63,972 nt of DNA, filler included, from Basidiobolus ranarum (GCA_040143965.1; 36 parts of 36 records of this genome joined end to end with filler, not necessarily neighbours in it); one strand, 5' to 3'; shown: positions 1-14,298, counted from the whole stretch's first letter. Notes: a model not told the origin generated them from the sequence alone. Program-made: numbers and translations.

Positions 1-1500
1 ATTTTGATGGTATTTTGAAGGTATTTGTACATGTTAAAATATTGATCCTCATATTTGGCATGTGTTATTAATTTCCAACAATTTCTGCAAAATATAATTT
101 TCATATGGCAAATTAGTTGGTTTACTGCTGTAGGAATTCAAATTAATACGCATGCCTTTATTGAGATATTTTAGGCTTTGTATTCCAGCCATTATGAGAA
201 TCAAAAAATACAAGAATCTCATTGTGTTTAGTCTCTACATATGCACATACTTGACTGATCAGACATAACTCAACAACATCAATATGCTTTACCAGCAAAC
301 TAACTGTGGAAAAATTACTAAACATCTGAAATTTCAAATAGCACTGACACTTGGCAAATAGCTGACTCTTGCTACCATTCACAATGCAAATAAGCTCTTG
401 GATTTTGGCAAATTTCCATCAAGAATTCAGCCAATATATCTCCGACTTGCAGTCAACAAATGTCCTGCCACAAGTAGATGTGTTGTTGCTTGAATAGATT
501 ACCCCATGGCTAAAACTATAAAACTGCATATCTCCATCTATCTCACCAAGAAGTCTGTCTGGCAGCTTACCTAAAAATACCATCAAATTATTACACAAAC
601 AAATTAGTCCAAATTATTGAGATACTTATTAGGTGTCCATGGATTGGGCTTTGCTGCCATCATTGTGCTCAAACAATGTGAAAACCCATGAGCACATTGA
701 AAAGAGTCATTTGTTGGAAGGTTAATATGCTCTGGACTCTCTTTAACCCATTGCATTACATCAATCACCGATTTTACTGATACATTATTTATGAGATTAG
801 CATACAGTAATACTGACAATTTCACATGGAGCATCAATTCACCGCAGGTACATTCCATTGGGAACTTCTAGAATATATAGCAAGGGCCTATAATCCCTAA
901 CATTGTGAAAGATGCCACAGGAAATGTTTTCAATAATGGCATAGATATAGTCTATCTTCTTCTAACCTGTAATAAAGTTTTTCATATTCAATTATTGAAT
1001 CTCTGCACAGTTGCTGTATCTGCCTGAGATCTGCCAATGTGAGTTGATGCTACAAGAATATATTAACAATATACACAAACAACTCCCAATGTTGCTAACA
1101 CTTATCAGGCAGAAATCTTTTCAAGATTCTACTTAAATATATGCAAATCCAATACTTGCAGTGTATGCAATTGAATAAACAACTAGATGAGTGGATATTG
1201 ATGGGAGTCCTGGTAAAAAGTGATGGTAACTTGATGTTTTCAAGCATTTCCCATTTGATTCAAACTCTCATCCTATCTCAAAATGCTCATTCATATTGAA
1301 TTTTCCACCATATAGCTGAGTAAGCAGTATTGGAATGTTGTTGAATAGTAAGTGCATAGTGCCTAATGGGGAGCTCTGGCTCCAGCTGATCCCTCATAGC
1401 AATATAATCCCAGGCTTATGGCTAACACCAAGTTTAATGTTAGACTGACTATCTGGTGAATTGATGTCAGTGATCCTATTGAAATCTGACTTAGTTTTGA
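1..1500 (-). mobile_element. CACTA/CMC-type transposon, decayed C-terminal half of transposase and 3' flank
   Basis: Reverse-complement match to 62301..63972. Contains xPLGTMH, EFPME and the C-terminal SQLFAKCQCY segment. Confidence 0.9.
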
Positions 1501-1689
1501 ATTTGGATGCACCCATTTGTATCCAACTGATTTTTGGTCATCAGATAACTTAACCAAAGTCCAAGTTTGGTTATCTACAAGTGACTGATACTCCTCTGCC
1601 ATTGCAGCACTCCAAAACTTTGTGTTGGGACTCTCCATAGCCTCCTGTACTGATTTGGGTTCATCAGAAAAGGCTAAATTAGCACTAGG
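1501..1689 (-). mobile_element. Ty1/Copia RT start remnant
   Basis: Translates to W..AMAEEYQSLVDNQTWTLV...VGYKWV, the Copia RT N-terminus. Confidence 0.85.
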
Positions 1690-1789
1690 NNNNNNNNNNN
1701 NNNNNNNNNNNNNNNNNNNNNNNNNNNNNNNNNTTAATTAATTAANNNNNNNNNNNNNNNNNNNNNNNNNNNNNNNNNNNNNNNNNNNN
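1690..1789. other. Artificial contig spacer N44-TTAATTAATTAA-N44 (first of 35; last at 62201..62300)
   Basis: An identical 100-bp unit recurs every ~1.78 kb. The 12-mer gives stops in all six frames. Intervening contig lengths never increase (1689 to 1672 bp). Confidence 0.99.
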
Positions 1790-2873
1790 CTTTGATGGCA
1801 ATATTGATACAAACTTGTGTTGGCTATGAGCTAAACCTTGGGTATGAAGAACTCTATAAAAATATTCAGGAGAACATATCAAAGAAACTAGGAATTTCAA
1901 AGGTGACAAATTAGCATTCAAGTGGTAAATATGTAGAATTTTAGTTATGTTTGTCACACATGTGTTGATCCATGGTTTGCCAAGATTGTAGCCAATCATG
2001 TGCAACTATTTTGCAAGATCTTGAAATTTCATACCTGAAACTAAAAAAATTGATTAAAATATAATCTGACTTTAAGATTTTATTGTGGTAAGTAAATGGT
2101 AAATCTCAAATGGATTAAAATTGTGACATTTTTCCTACAATATCAACCCTCAAATTTCTGTTAGAATTATCCATGAAGCCTTCGGCTTTCATAGTATAAA
2201 TACCTGTGTCAATAATAGCAGGGCTTTTTTGACATCTGTGTTATGGCATGAGAAGGATAGTTCAGAAAAAGCAACACCTACCACATAAGGGTGGTGTTCT
2301 GAGTATATCCCATCAAAATTATCAGCCAATTCAGAGAGTGTATCACAGATGAGTCAACAGGAGATTTAGAAGAAACTTTTGATAATGGATGGCAACTTTG
2401 GTTTATTATAAGTTATTTCTAAGCAATTTACACTACATCAAGTTTACTATCTTAATATTTCAAGGCCATTCAAAAAGAATTCAAGATTAAAATCAAAATT
2501 GGCTTACAAGCTAAAATCTACTGGCACAAAAAAAAAACCAGTAAGAGCAGAAGACTCAATTGATGAGCAGTCTAACAATCCACTGTCCACTTTGAAAGGC
2601 ATGAACATGCCCCTAACAGAAATTTGAGGATTGTTGTTTTTGGAAACCTGTCACAGTATTGATCCACTTTGGATTGACAGTTTATTTATTGTCTTAAAAT
2701 TGTCAAGTTAGATTTTATAGTAATCAATTTTTTCAGTTTCAGGAGTGAAATATCAAGAGCTGCCAAAATAGATGACCAAGATTGGCTACAATCTCAGAGA
2801 ACTGTAATTCAACAAATGTGCAAAAAATGTAACTCAAATTTTACACCTTAACCACTTGAACACTAATTGAGTC
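1790..2873. mobile_element. Three nested CACTA pieces: left end (rc, 1790..2164), central divergent region (rc, 2165..2610), new left end (+, 2611..2873)
   Basis: CCCTAACAGAAATTTGAGG starts at 2611 inside the ORF2 5' region. The pieces are homologous to 22567+ and 29150..29800. Confidence 0.88.
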
Positions 2874-3190
2874 TGTTGGAGGATCTTGATATAATGGGGG
2901 TAGACTTTGTGTATTAGAAGCAACTTATGATAGTGTGTTTTAGTTAGTTTATTCTCAAGAGTATATGGTGACTTATATTGTGGAAAAGTAAATCAATTGT
3001 TTGAGATATTCAGGAGTTTGTGTAATAAGATATATTAGATAAGTGGGGGTAATAAGTCATACTTGTTATATAGATATAGAGATATTCCTATTTAGAATAT
3101 AGGGGCTATAGATACATTGCTTTCTGTTTCTGATATATGTATCATAACTAAAGTTAACTATGATGTTGAATAAAGATTAATTATTAAACA
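2874..3190 (-). mobile_element. Copia LTR family A (3' LTR, 317 bp)
   Basis: TG...CA ends, with the polypurine tract (rc GGGAAGG) adjacent at 3191. Matches 14735..15052. Confidence 0.9.
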
Positions 3191-3477
3191 CCTTCCCTCA
3201 ATTCTTATTCAGCATTGTGCTAATATTCACTAATGCCTATTCCTGCTCTTAACTTCTCAAAGCTTGAAGTTTTCAGTGGTTTTGTTAGTATATCTGCAAG
3301 CATGTTTTCAGTATTACAATAAATAAAGTTCACTTCTTTGTCTTGAACTTTCTCTTGTATAAAATGATGTCTTATGTCAATATGTTTCATCCTTGAGTGA
3401 TGCTCAGGATTCTTGGTGATCTGAATACAACTAATATTATCTTGAAATATTGGGGTAGGATTAACTTGATCATATCC
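3191..3477 (-). mobile_element. Copia RNase H C-terminal remnant
   Basis: The reverse strand encodes EHHSRMKHIDIRHHFIQEKV...ENMLADILTKPL. Confidence 0.9.
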
Positions 3478-4232
3478 NNNNNNNNNNNNNNNNNNNNNNN
3501 NNNNNNNNNNNNNNNNNNNNNTTAATTAATTAANNNNNNNNNNNNNNNNNNNNNNNNNNNNNNNNNNNNNNNNNNNNCCTATGGAACTGAATATTGTGTA
3601 ACTTCATGGAAACGAAGCATAGTTTATATAGTGGAGGCTTTGATTGTCCCAGGTTCCGTTGAGGTATGAAACGCATTCTACAGTTGTGTTCCTAAATCAT
3701 ATGCATCAAGCCCAAGCTGTGGATCGTGATCATTAGCATGTAGTCAAAGAATCTGGGGAATCTTCTAATATGGGTTAGAACCTACATGATAAGAAAACCG
3801 GTAAGGCCAAGTTAGTTGCAATGATTTGCTGACATAGAAAATCAGAGGCTTTACAGGTGATGAATTGTCCAGTAAAGAGAAGTATTATAATCCCTATTGC
3901 TTGCATTCTATAAGATATATCCAAAGTACATACGAACGGGGTTTCGGTAAGGATGGACATTTAATTCCTCCACTAACCCTGCAGATTCTCATAAAGGTAT
4001 TAAAGTTAATCAATTGACTATCCACCTTATTTTACCCAGATGTCTGGATATCTTCAGAGTGTTCAAAATAGATAAGATGAGAGTCGCTTGACCGTGCATT
4101 ACACTATATTTAGCACATATTAATTGGAAGATTATAAGATGAACACTACACAATGAATGTTACCTAATAAAGGAAATATTTGCAAGGAACAAACAAATGC
4201 AGACTAATTGATTTCTACCAGAGAATAGTAAC

Positions 4233-5265
4233 TTTACTGGGATATGTATTGATTGTGCTTCTAATGCTTCTCTTGCGGTTCAATGATCCCTGAATTTTTA
4301 GTCACACTAACATCTATTTAGCTAGAGTATATATGATTGAAATGGACTGCATTCAGCTGCTATATTCCTTCCTACTCCTTCATCAACTCTAATGACGTCA
4401 AGATGCCTGTTCGTATAATTCTATACATTGTAAGATTCCGATCCTTCGATTCTTTTTAACCTTAGTCCAACGACTTCATTCAGATTCAACTTCGGAAACG
4501 AAATCGAAAACGCATATGTATGCCTCTTCTAAAGTCGTGGATCGAACTTCACTGCTAATTGTTGACGAATGTACATGAAATAGTAAGACTTGACATGTAC
4601 TTGTATATTTTTATTTGTTTCATCATATGTTGATAGTTCTACTCAACCATTGAATTTATGGGGTGCTGGACCAATCATATTTATTTACTTGACACTTACT
4701 AACCCTAAAGTAAATCCCAGTGATGAAGATGGGATATATAAATATGAGCTTTCTACATGCATGTCCCTCACGTAACACCTAATATTCAATATATCTGACG
4801 CCGCTTCCACTGGAAATCTAAGTCATCTTAATGGAGAGACTTAGTGTACGAAAATGGGTCACATTGTAACTTTTCTTCTCATTTAAAGACTACCTTGGTC
4901 AACGCTTTCGAGGGGGGAAAAGTTTGGCCAAAAAGCTCTCTACGGACTCTACGCACGGGAGTAATGTGGTTTTACGGGGATTTGTATTAATTGCACTTCT
5001 AATGCTTTTCATGCGGTTCAATTAAATGTATAGATCATCCCTGACTCTGCAATCACTCTAATATTCATTTAGTTAGTATACACTATATGATTGAAATAGA
5101 CTACATTTGGTTGGTATATTCCTTCCTACCCCTTCACCAACTCCAATGACGTCAAGATACTTGTTTGTATAATTCCATACATTGTAAGATACCGATCCTT
5201 CGATTCTTTCTAACCTTCGATTTCATTCAGATTCAGTTTCGGAAACGAAAAGGAAAACGGATATG
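4233..5265. repeat. Diverged direct duplication of ~285 bp (4233..4518 and 4971..5265) in CpG-retaining DNA
   Basis: Shared blocks include AATGACGTCAAGAT, ATACATTGTAAGAT, CCGATCCTTCGATTCTTT and TTCGGAAACGAAA. Confidence 0.85.
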
Positions 5266-5365
5266 NNNNNNNNNNNNNNNNNNNNNNNNNNNNNNNNNNN
5301 NNNNNNNNNTTAATTAATTAANNNNNNNNNNNNNNNNNNNNNNNNNNNNNNNNNNNNNNNNNNNN

Positions 5366-6572
5366 TTCAGATTCTGGTAGTGATATTCATCAAGTATATT
5401 GTTAATACAATCAACTTGATGGTGAGTACTTTGGTATTAGATCAATGTCCTAAATTAGGGTGATTTCATCAAAACTTTAAGATGGGGAATCAATGGTATA
5501 TAAGCCAAATATGAATGATATTTACCTGATTCAGTGATTGCCATATGTGTGCTAACAGTAAACAACTTCAGGCTTTTCAGATCACTGGTCAAAGCCAAAC
5601 AAGCATTTGAACATGAAGGTAGTTTGATTACTGAAGGATTATAAGTCATATGATTGACAAGTGTTTTCCACTTGTACCGGGTCTGTGGCAAGCAACAGTT
5701 GCCAATCAACTGTGGTAAATGTGTAAGAAAACCAATAAACACCTGGTTGTTAAGATTGGATTGAACTCTCCACTCCTCAATCATCAAAACTTCTTCCTTT
5801 ACTGTAAGTTTTATGAGTTGACTAATGGTTGCCAATAACAAAGAGTCTTTAACAAAACCATTGTCTTCTTCTTTAACTTCTGATATACTACTTTCAGTAC
5901 TGGAATAACCAAGGTCAACATTAAGCCGCAAGTCCTCAAAGTTGTCTCAGCTTAATGGTTTGACCCAAGTTGCATTTTAACCTACATCATTCTGGTCATA
6001 CAACTGTGGTGACTCCATGGTATCTTGACTTTTGGCAGCATTATCAAAACTTTGAGGCAAACTACAGTCAGTGGACTTAATGGGCAAAACTACAGTCAAT
6101 GTAGTGCCCCTATTACTGTTGTTATACACCTGGCTTTGTGCAGCTGGTGGCCTTGTATAGTTACCATGCTTGTGATTATCTTTTCTATGAAGCCTCCAGC
6201 TTTTATGGCTCAAAAATTTGTGACAATAATAGCAGGGCTTCTTTATACAATTTTATTGTGGCAAAAGAAGGATATTGTGGAAAAAGAACACCTCCGACAT
6301 AAGGGTGGTATTTTAAATATAGCCCATCAATATGATCAGCTGATCCTGAGATGGTGTCACAGATGAGTCATCAGGGGATTTACAAGATATTCCCGGTAAC
6401 AAATGGCAATTTTGATTTGTTTTAAGCTGCTTATAAGCAATTTCATTTCACCAAGTTTACCATCTGAATACTTAAATGCCATTCAAAAAGAATTCAAAAT
6501 CTAAGTCAAAATTGGCTTCCAAGCCCAAGCCAAATGGCATGAAAGGAAAAAAACCAGCAAGAATAGAGGGTA
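5366..6572 (-). mobile_element. CACTA transposase N-terminal part, divergent spacer and ORF2 start (ATG 6539, + strand)
   Basis: Matches 55330..56430. The reverse strand gives PCYYCHKFLSHKSWRLHRKDNH and YLAYIPLIPHLK. Confidence 0.88.
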
Positions 6573-8940
6573 TAGCTGACCCAGAAAATCCTCTCGCCTG
6601 TTGAAAATGAGAGCACCAATTTTCTTATGTTATATACACCAAGTTGCTTTTAAATCGTCCCAAAAACGCACTCTGATGATGAATTCATATATACATGAAT
6701 TAAACTCAGAATACTGCCATTATGACGTACCAATACTAGCAAAATGAAAGTCTCACTATTATCGGATCTCTCGCTACTATTATTGTATCTGCAAGCGGAT
6801 TTATGGCCGAATCTTTGGAATTGATCACATTCTTATATCATTGCTACTACAAATTGTATAAATGTATACTCCTCAATGAAGTATGCTCCCCAGAAACTTC
6901 GATAAAAGTAGCGATTTTAGTGATTTTCATCTAAAACTTCGGATTATTCACATGGGAATTTCGATAATAAAAGTGGCTCCTAAAGAGTAACATTCAAGCA
7001 ACAATCTAAATATGCAACTCGCTCTCACCTCACTAGCTTCATGTGCTTCTTTGNNNNNNNNNNNNNNNNNNNNNNNNNNNNNNNNNNNNNNNNNNNNTTA
7101 ATTAATTAANNNNNNNNNNNNNNNNNNNNNNNNNNNNNNNNNNNNNNNNNNNNATGATAAATGTGGTTCTACCATATGTAAACTCTCAAGGTCACAGGTT
7201 CAACCGATGGATTAGAGAAGGATTTTCTACTAAACCAGAAGAGATGATGCATGGTAGAAGGAGGGGTGAAAGTGAACCGGATTTCGCATCACTATGATGT
7301 CAACTTACCGATTGAGTGACATAACCTTAACCTGGAACCTTCTACAACTGGTCATGATGAAAGTTGGAGAAATCCCTTTTGCAGATTGGAATGAAACCAT
7401 GATTACTGGTTACTTGGGATGATTTCCAATTCTGTCATCCTATAGATATGAAGTCTATACGATGGATCAAAGATTGTGTAGATTCTGCGATTTTTCACCG
7501 ATCTTTGCGTACTTCATTGGATGAATCATCCAGCACTTATTTCCTTTTTTATTGTCGATGATTTAAAGTCGAACATCTAGGAAAGTGCTCGACATGAATG
7601 GAGATGGAAAGAGGTCAGAAATGGGAATATTCCGTCATCTTTTTGACGTTTAATAATACATGTAGGGATTCCATTCAAAGATGAAAGTCTATGAAACTTT
7701 AAACGTTATTTCAGGTCATGAGAATTGCTTTTACGAGTTTGATACATGCTTAGGAATTGGTTATGTGTTAGAAGTGAAAAGCTATGCATATTCTACTGTA
7801 TAGTGTTGAATTATTCACAAACAATACTACTAGATGAGATATAGCTTTCACCTCAGGATATCGTTTCCCTGTTTGAAAGTGTGGTGACTCTTTATGGAGT
7901 ATTGGTTCACTGATGTACATCATTGAAGAGTTCAAGGACATCGTCAAGTGGCTAAAAAGATATGGGAATCTTGCATTGCTTCAGCTAAAACCAACAGATG
8001 GATTATCACTACACCGTCAGTTTCACCTCAACATTAGAAGTTGAAATATCAAAGGTAGTATAGTGTTACAATTTTCTCTGTGAACCATGACTTGTTCAAA
8101 AAAGATGGACTAACAGTATGCTGTATCTACAGTTAGTGATGCCTTTAACGCGACAAAAATATTCACGAACTCCTTCGATCTCCATGCGAGTCAAATGATA
8201 TTGCCACCAAGTTGAGTTTCTTCCTTTTATTAATTCCATGATCATTCATATCCAGGTTCAAGACCTAAGAAGGTGTTAAAGTAAACCTTGCGATAGATTA
8301 TACAACCAATAGTCACATGGTAAAAGATCTCATTATAGACTTTGACTTACTTGATTAACAGTGAAGAGGCCACTCAACTCAACATATGATATGATTCTCT
8401 CGAATTTAAAATGGAAAGCTATGCATTGTGTATGTTACTCCAATCAGCGATCTATAACAATTCGGAAAAGATCTACCCAAGTAACACCCACTTGAACCTC
8501 CAATAGATTCTTTATTATGATTTATACTAACCACTAAATCCACAACCTCAGCGTTAGATGCAAGGCTGTAGTCACCATACTGACTAAAGTAGTAATTAGC
8601 CGACTAGCCCAAGATAATTCTAGGTTGGCTCCGCTCATAGACCCACGAAATTTAGTGCAAAAAACTGGAATTTAGGTGCTAGTCTAGTCCAACTGCATAC
8701 TTGAAATGCACCTGTCTGGTTGGCGCCCATTGCTAATTAAAGATCATCTATCCGCTATCCGCTATCCTAATCGATTAACCATCCATAGATCCAAGATCTT
8801 CTCCAGATGGCGTACTGCTGCAGAGCTGCGTACGTTGATANNNNNNNNNNNNNNNNNNNNNNNNNNNNNNNNNNNNNNNNNNNNTTAATTAATTAANNNN
8901 NNNNNNNNNNNNNNNNNNNNNNNNNNNNNNNNNNNNNNNN

Positions 8941-10626
8941 CTCAGAATGTTTTCCTGATTCATTCTGACTTATGTGGGCCCATAAAAAATGTCTCACTGG
9001 GTGGAAAAGGTACTTTATGACCTTTATTGATGACAAAACAAGATATACTTGGGTATTCTTTCTCAGATAAAAATCTGAAGCCTTAGCTATGTTCAAGCAC
9101 TACAAAGCAATGGTAGAGAAAGATTCAGCACAAAAATAAGGTTGCTAAGGAGTGATAATGGTGGAGAATACTGCTCTAAGGACTTTACTAGTTTTTGCTC
9201 TAAACATGGAATTAAGCAACAAACTACTGTACCGTATATTCCACAGCAAAATGGAGTTGCAGAATGTGCTAACAGGACCATAGTGGAGATGACAAGATCA
9301 ATGTTACATGATCACAAGTTAGATTACCAGTATTGTGCTGAATCTGTCCCCACAGCAGTCTATATCAAAAACAGATGCCCAACAAGATTGCTACAAAATT
9401 CTACTCCACTTGAAGCCCTTTATCAATCAAAACCAAGTATGGATCATCTCAGGATCTTTGGTTGCACAACAAATTTTCTAATTCCAGCTCAAAAATGCTC
9501 AAAATTGGAACCCAAAAGCAGAAAATGCATATTCCTTAGCTACTGTAATGGATCCAAGGCCTACAGACTGTTTGATAACAGAAATCAGAATTTAATTAAG
9601 TGCAGAGATGTGATTTTTGATGGAAAAGCAAATTCTTTACCTCAAATCACAGTTCTTCATCCAGAAAACGCAATCAGCTCTATTCAGGAAGTGTCTGACA
9701 GATTTCCAGCTGTATCTGAGCCCTATTCAACCAAAATTTTAGTCCCAATCACATCAAAGCATGATTTAGGACCCACAGGATCATCCAGAAGAAATAGGCC
9801 AGGAAACAGGTGGAATACTTCCAATGATGAAGTATATGCTTATGCATCATTCTGTGACATGCCACAGACTCTAGATCAAGCTTTGGAGTGTCCAGAATCA
9901 AAATTATGGGAAAAGCATTGTCAGATGAGTTTTCTTCACTTCAGGACAATAAAATGTGGGTTTTAAGTCCACTTCCATCAGGGAGAAAGCCAATAGGTTG
10001 CAAATGGGTCTAAAAAGTCAAAAACCAAGCTGATGGAACCATTAAAGGGTACAAAGCAAGATTAGTTGCAAAAGGCTATTCCCTGACTCCAGGAATTGAC
10101 TTTAATGAAACTTTTGCTCCAACAGCTAAGTTTAACTCCATTAGATCAATCCTGGCACTCTCAGCCATCCATAACCTTGATCTACATCAAATGGATATAA
10201 AAACAGCCTTTCTGAATGGAAATCTAGAAGAAGAGATCTATATGGAGCAACCAGATGAATTTGTTAACCCAAAACATCCTGATAAGGTCTGTAAATTGCA
10301 AAAGTTGCTCTATGGACTCAAGCAAGCACCCAGGGCATGGTACAACAAGATAGATACCCATTCAGAATCTCTGGAATTCCAAAATGCGTAGCAGATCAGA
10401 GTATTTGCATCAAAACAACCGGAAATAGGATCCTTATCTTGGCACTATATGTGGATGACGTAATCATAGCCACAAATGATATAGAAGCACTTAATCAGAC
10501 AAAAAGCAGCTTATCAAACCAATTTCAGATGACTGATATGGGTGAAATAAGTTATTTTCTTGGAATCCAAATCAAGAGATATAAGCACAAACAGAAGATC
10601 AGGCTGAATCAGTCTGGATACATCCT
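8941..10626 (+). mobile_element. Ty1/Copia pol remnant (integrase then RT)
   Basis: Integrase motifs IHSDLCGP, LRSDNGGEY, PQQNGVAE. RT motifs KARLVAKG, QMDIKTAFLNG, LYGLKQAPRAW, LYVDD. Integrase-before-RT order; contains frameshifts. Confidence 0.97.
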
Positions 10627-10726
10627 NNNNNNNNNNNNNNNNNNNNNNNNNNNNNNNNNNNNNNNNNNNNTTAATTAATTAANNNNNNNNNNNNNNNNNN
10701 NNNNNNNNNNNNNNNNNNNNNNNNNN

Positions 10727-12412
10727 AGCTTAACTTCTCTCATCAAGGTTTCTTCCTCAGTCTGCATCACTGTAGCCACAAGTATTTTGTTCATCAGGAG
10801 CGGCAGGGTACTCTAGAACTAGATCTATGGTTCCTCTCAAATCCCTGAATATTGGTTTTACTACAGCTTTCAGCTCAGATCTTGGATTTTTGCAATATTG
10901 GCTGACAGTATCCAACGCCACAGCAGTGTCTGGAAGTGTTCTAAATATTTTCACATAAAGCTACCTGCTGTGGATTGAAAAGAGAACTCCTGGCTTTGAG
11001 TTGAATCATTTTGGGCCAAACTGGATGAAATGTTGATTAATTTCACACTGGAATCCATTGGTGTTGATATAGGCTTTTTATTCTCCATGTTAAAGCAATT
11101 TAGCACGTTTACAATGTGTCTAGACTGATTCAGTATAATTTGCTGATAGGGTATATCTCTCTTAACTTGGATTCCCCTATAATAACTTAATTCACCCATA
11201 TCAATCATCTGAAATTGATGTGATTGGTGGCTTTTTGTCTGATTAGGTGCTTCTAGATTATTTGTGGTTATGATTAAGTCATCCACATATAGTGCCATGG
11301 TAAGAAATTTTATTTTTAGTTGTTTTGATGTATATACTGTGATCTGCTGTGCATTTTGGCATTTCAGTGATTCCAAATAGGTGTCTATCCTGTTGTACCA
11401 TGCCCTGGGCACTTGAGTCCATAATGCACTTTTTGCAGCTTACAGATTATATCATGGTGTTTTGGGTCAACAAATCCCTATGGTTCCTCCATATAGATCT
11501 CTTATTCTAGATTTCCATTTAAAATGATTATCTTTACCTCCATAGGATGTAAATCTGGGTCATGGTTTGCCAAGAGTGCCAGGATTGGTCTAATGTAGCT
11601 TAACTTAGCTACTGGAGAAAAAGTTTTGTTTTAATCAACCCCTGGAGTCTAGAAATATCCTTTTGTAACTAATCTTGCATTATACCTTTCTATGGTTCCA
11701 TCAGCTTAATTCTTGGCTTGGTAGACCCATTTGCAACCTATTGGCTTTCTCATTGATGGATGAGGACTTGAAACTCACATTTTGGTGTCCTGAAGTGAAG
11801 AAAACCTATTAGACATTACTTTTTCCCATAAATAAGATTTAATAGGGCCTCAATAGAGCTGGAAATTTGTCAGACACTTCCTGAACAGTGCAGATTGTGT
11901 TTTTTAGATCAAGAAGTGTGATTTGAGGTGACAAGTTTGCTTTTTCATTGAAAATTGCATCTTTGGATTTGAATAACTTATGAATATTGGTAGCAAGCAG
12001 TCTGCAGGCCTTTTATTTATCACAGTAACCAACAAATATGCCTTTTCTGCTTTTGGGTTCCAATTTGCTGCATTTTTGATCTGGAATTATGCAATATGCT
12101 GTGCAACTAAAGATCCTGAGATGATCCACACTTGGTTTTGATCTATGTAGGGCTTCAAATGGAGTAGAAATTTGTAGCACTCTTGTTGGACATATGTTTC
12201 TGATATAGACTGCAGTGGTGACATATTCAGACCACTGTTGGCAATCTAACTCTTGATCATATAAATTGTTCTGCCCATCTCCACTATGGTTCTATCAGCA
12301 CATTCTGCAACTCTGTTTTGCTATGGAGTATAAGGTAGAGTACTTTGTTGCTTAATTGCATGTTTAGAACAAACTAGCAAAGCTTTTGGAGCAGTATTCT
12401 CCACCAAAATCA
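10727..12412 (-). mobile_element. Ty1/Copia pol remnant, same family as 8941..10626
   Basis: PRAWYNRID, ALYVDD and GYSDAD motifs; collinear with the previous contig. Confidence 0.95.
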
Positions 12413-14298
12413 NNNNNNNNNNNNNNNNNNNNNNNNNNNNNNNNNNNNNNNNNNNNTTAATTAATTAANNNNNNNNNNNNNNNNNNNNNNNNNNNNNNNN
12501 NNNNNNNNNNNNACTGATGAATTGATGTAGCGAGTCATGTGGCAAGTGAATTTTGTGTACATCTGCTCCTTACCTAGTTATGTCCACATGCTTCAATCCG
12601 AGATAACCGATTTCTCCGCAAATCAGGCTAGCATGTACTATAATCATTTTAACAGCGATCAAGTGATACATAAATTATTAACAGGGTAGATCAACGGAAA
12701 ATCAGCGGAAAATCGAATGGCCCTCCTGCCCAATTTAGGAGTGTTTGAAATTCGTGACCAGTTTCCGATGTATTGTTTTCTGCTTTGATACTTATCTTGG
12801 TAATAGAATTATATTATCCTGAAATTTAGTAGATATTTTTTGATTAGTATTTGAGATATGACCGCTTTAATGATGGTTTAGGAAAATGTGTAATGTATAG
12901 GAATGATGCAGATACGAAGTTGAGGTTTGGTAATAAGTATGTAGAGCATGGAAGTAATTGAAGAATCATGTTGCTGCTAAAAATATTGTTGTTTTTTAAT
13001 TACTGAGCTGATGTTGTGACAATAATAACCTGCTGTTATGGAATTAAATAAACAATGAGAACACAAAATCTCTCACTAAGAATCAGTGTACACTACTGTG
13101 ATATCAAAGAAATCTATTTTACCCGCCGTTATCAAGATAAACATTTTCGAAAGCAAAAAAACTTATTTGCATATTTGTTGTTTCTCGATGATGTTTTCTG
13201 AACCATCTCAATCTTCATAGTCATGCTTTTGCCCAAACAATACATGGCTATTTCATGGTGAGATGGAAGTGTTCTACAATGCAAAGAATAACTTGGGACA
13301 TAATCTTAACCAATAAATGAGAACATATGCTTCCCTTTATATATTATCCTGGTGTTTGTTGTGCACCTTAAGAATTGCTTAGGTTATGGTTCTTCTGGCT
13401 AAAGACTGAGAAGACAAAAGAACCTTAGAGCCTGATAAATAAATCCATATGCTGACTTGAAAGTGACTCCTGTGGGTGCAGACTTCCCTGAACCTATATA
13501 TGAATCAAACATACGTTGACAGAAATACACCGCAAGAGATCTCTAAATATGTAAGCCTTGAATCTATTGCTTATATTCAGTGTTAACTAGAATGTAGCCA
13601 CACACATCATTAATGAAAAATTGGTAATCATGAATCTTTCGTATGTTTTAGTGTGATGCTGGCAATACAACTATGTACTATTGAGGAGATATTTGAATCA
13701 TCCATACCAGAATATACTATACATTTTATGGAATTATTGGGTATTGCCCTAGGAGTAATCCATCAAGATGGTAGCTTAGCCTTCATGTGTCAGTCTTCTA
13801 AGCCACTTCTTGTTATAAAACGAAGCAGCAAGTAAATAGAGCACTACATTTGAATATTAATTCATTTGATAACCGGTAAAATCAATATTTCTAACATGCC
13901 CTCCAACTAACGTCAATCACAAAGCCGCTTCAAAGGAGGTTCGACTCGCCGAAGTGGTCAGCAAAAGAACTCTCATTATGGCCGTCAATACGAGCAAGAT
14001 GATTACGATAACAAATACCATCACGGTTTCTCTGGTAGAAATTGAAAATCCTTGAACAGAAACTATCATGGATGGGTTGAATTTTAGGGGATATTATCGC
14101 CATTAATTATGGTAATGTTAGAATCAAGTTCGATTTTTCCTTTGTAAAAATTGTATTGAAGATACCCAACTTTACAGTGAAAGTAAGAAACTCTAAATNN
14201 NNNNNNNNNNNNNNNNNNNNNNNNNNNNNNNNNNNNNNNNNNTTAATTAATTAANNNNNNNNNNNNNNNNNNNNNNNNNNNNNNNNNNNNNNNNNNNN

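Noticed and set aside
8941-12412. Large inverted repeat of Copia pol
   Set aside because: The two arms are in separate contigs, so their orientation and adjacency are arbitrary.
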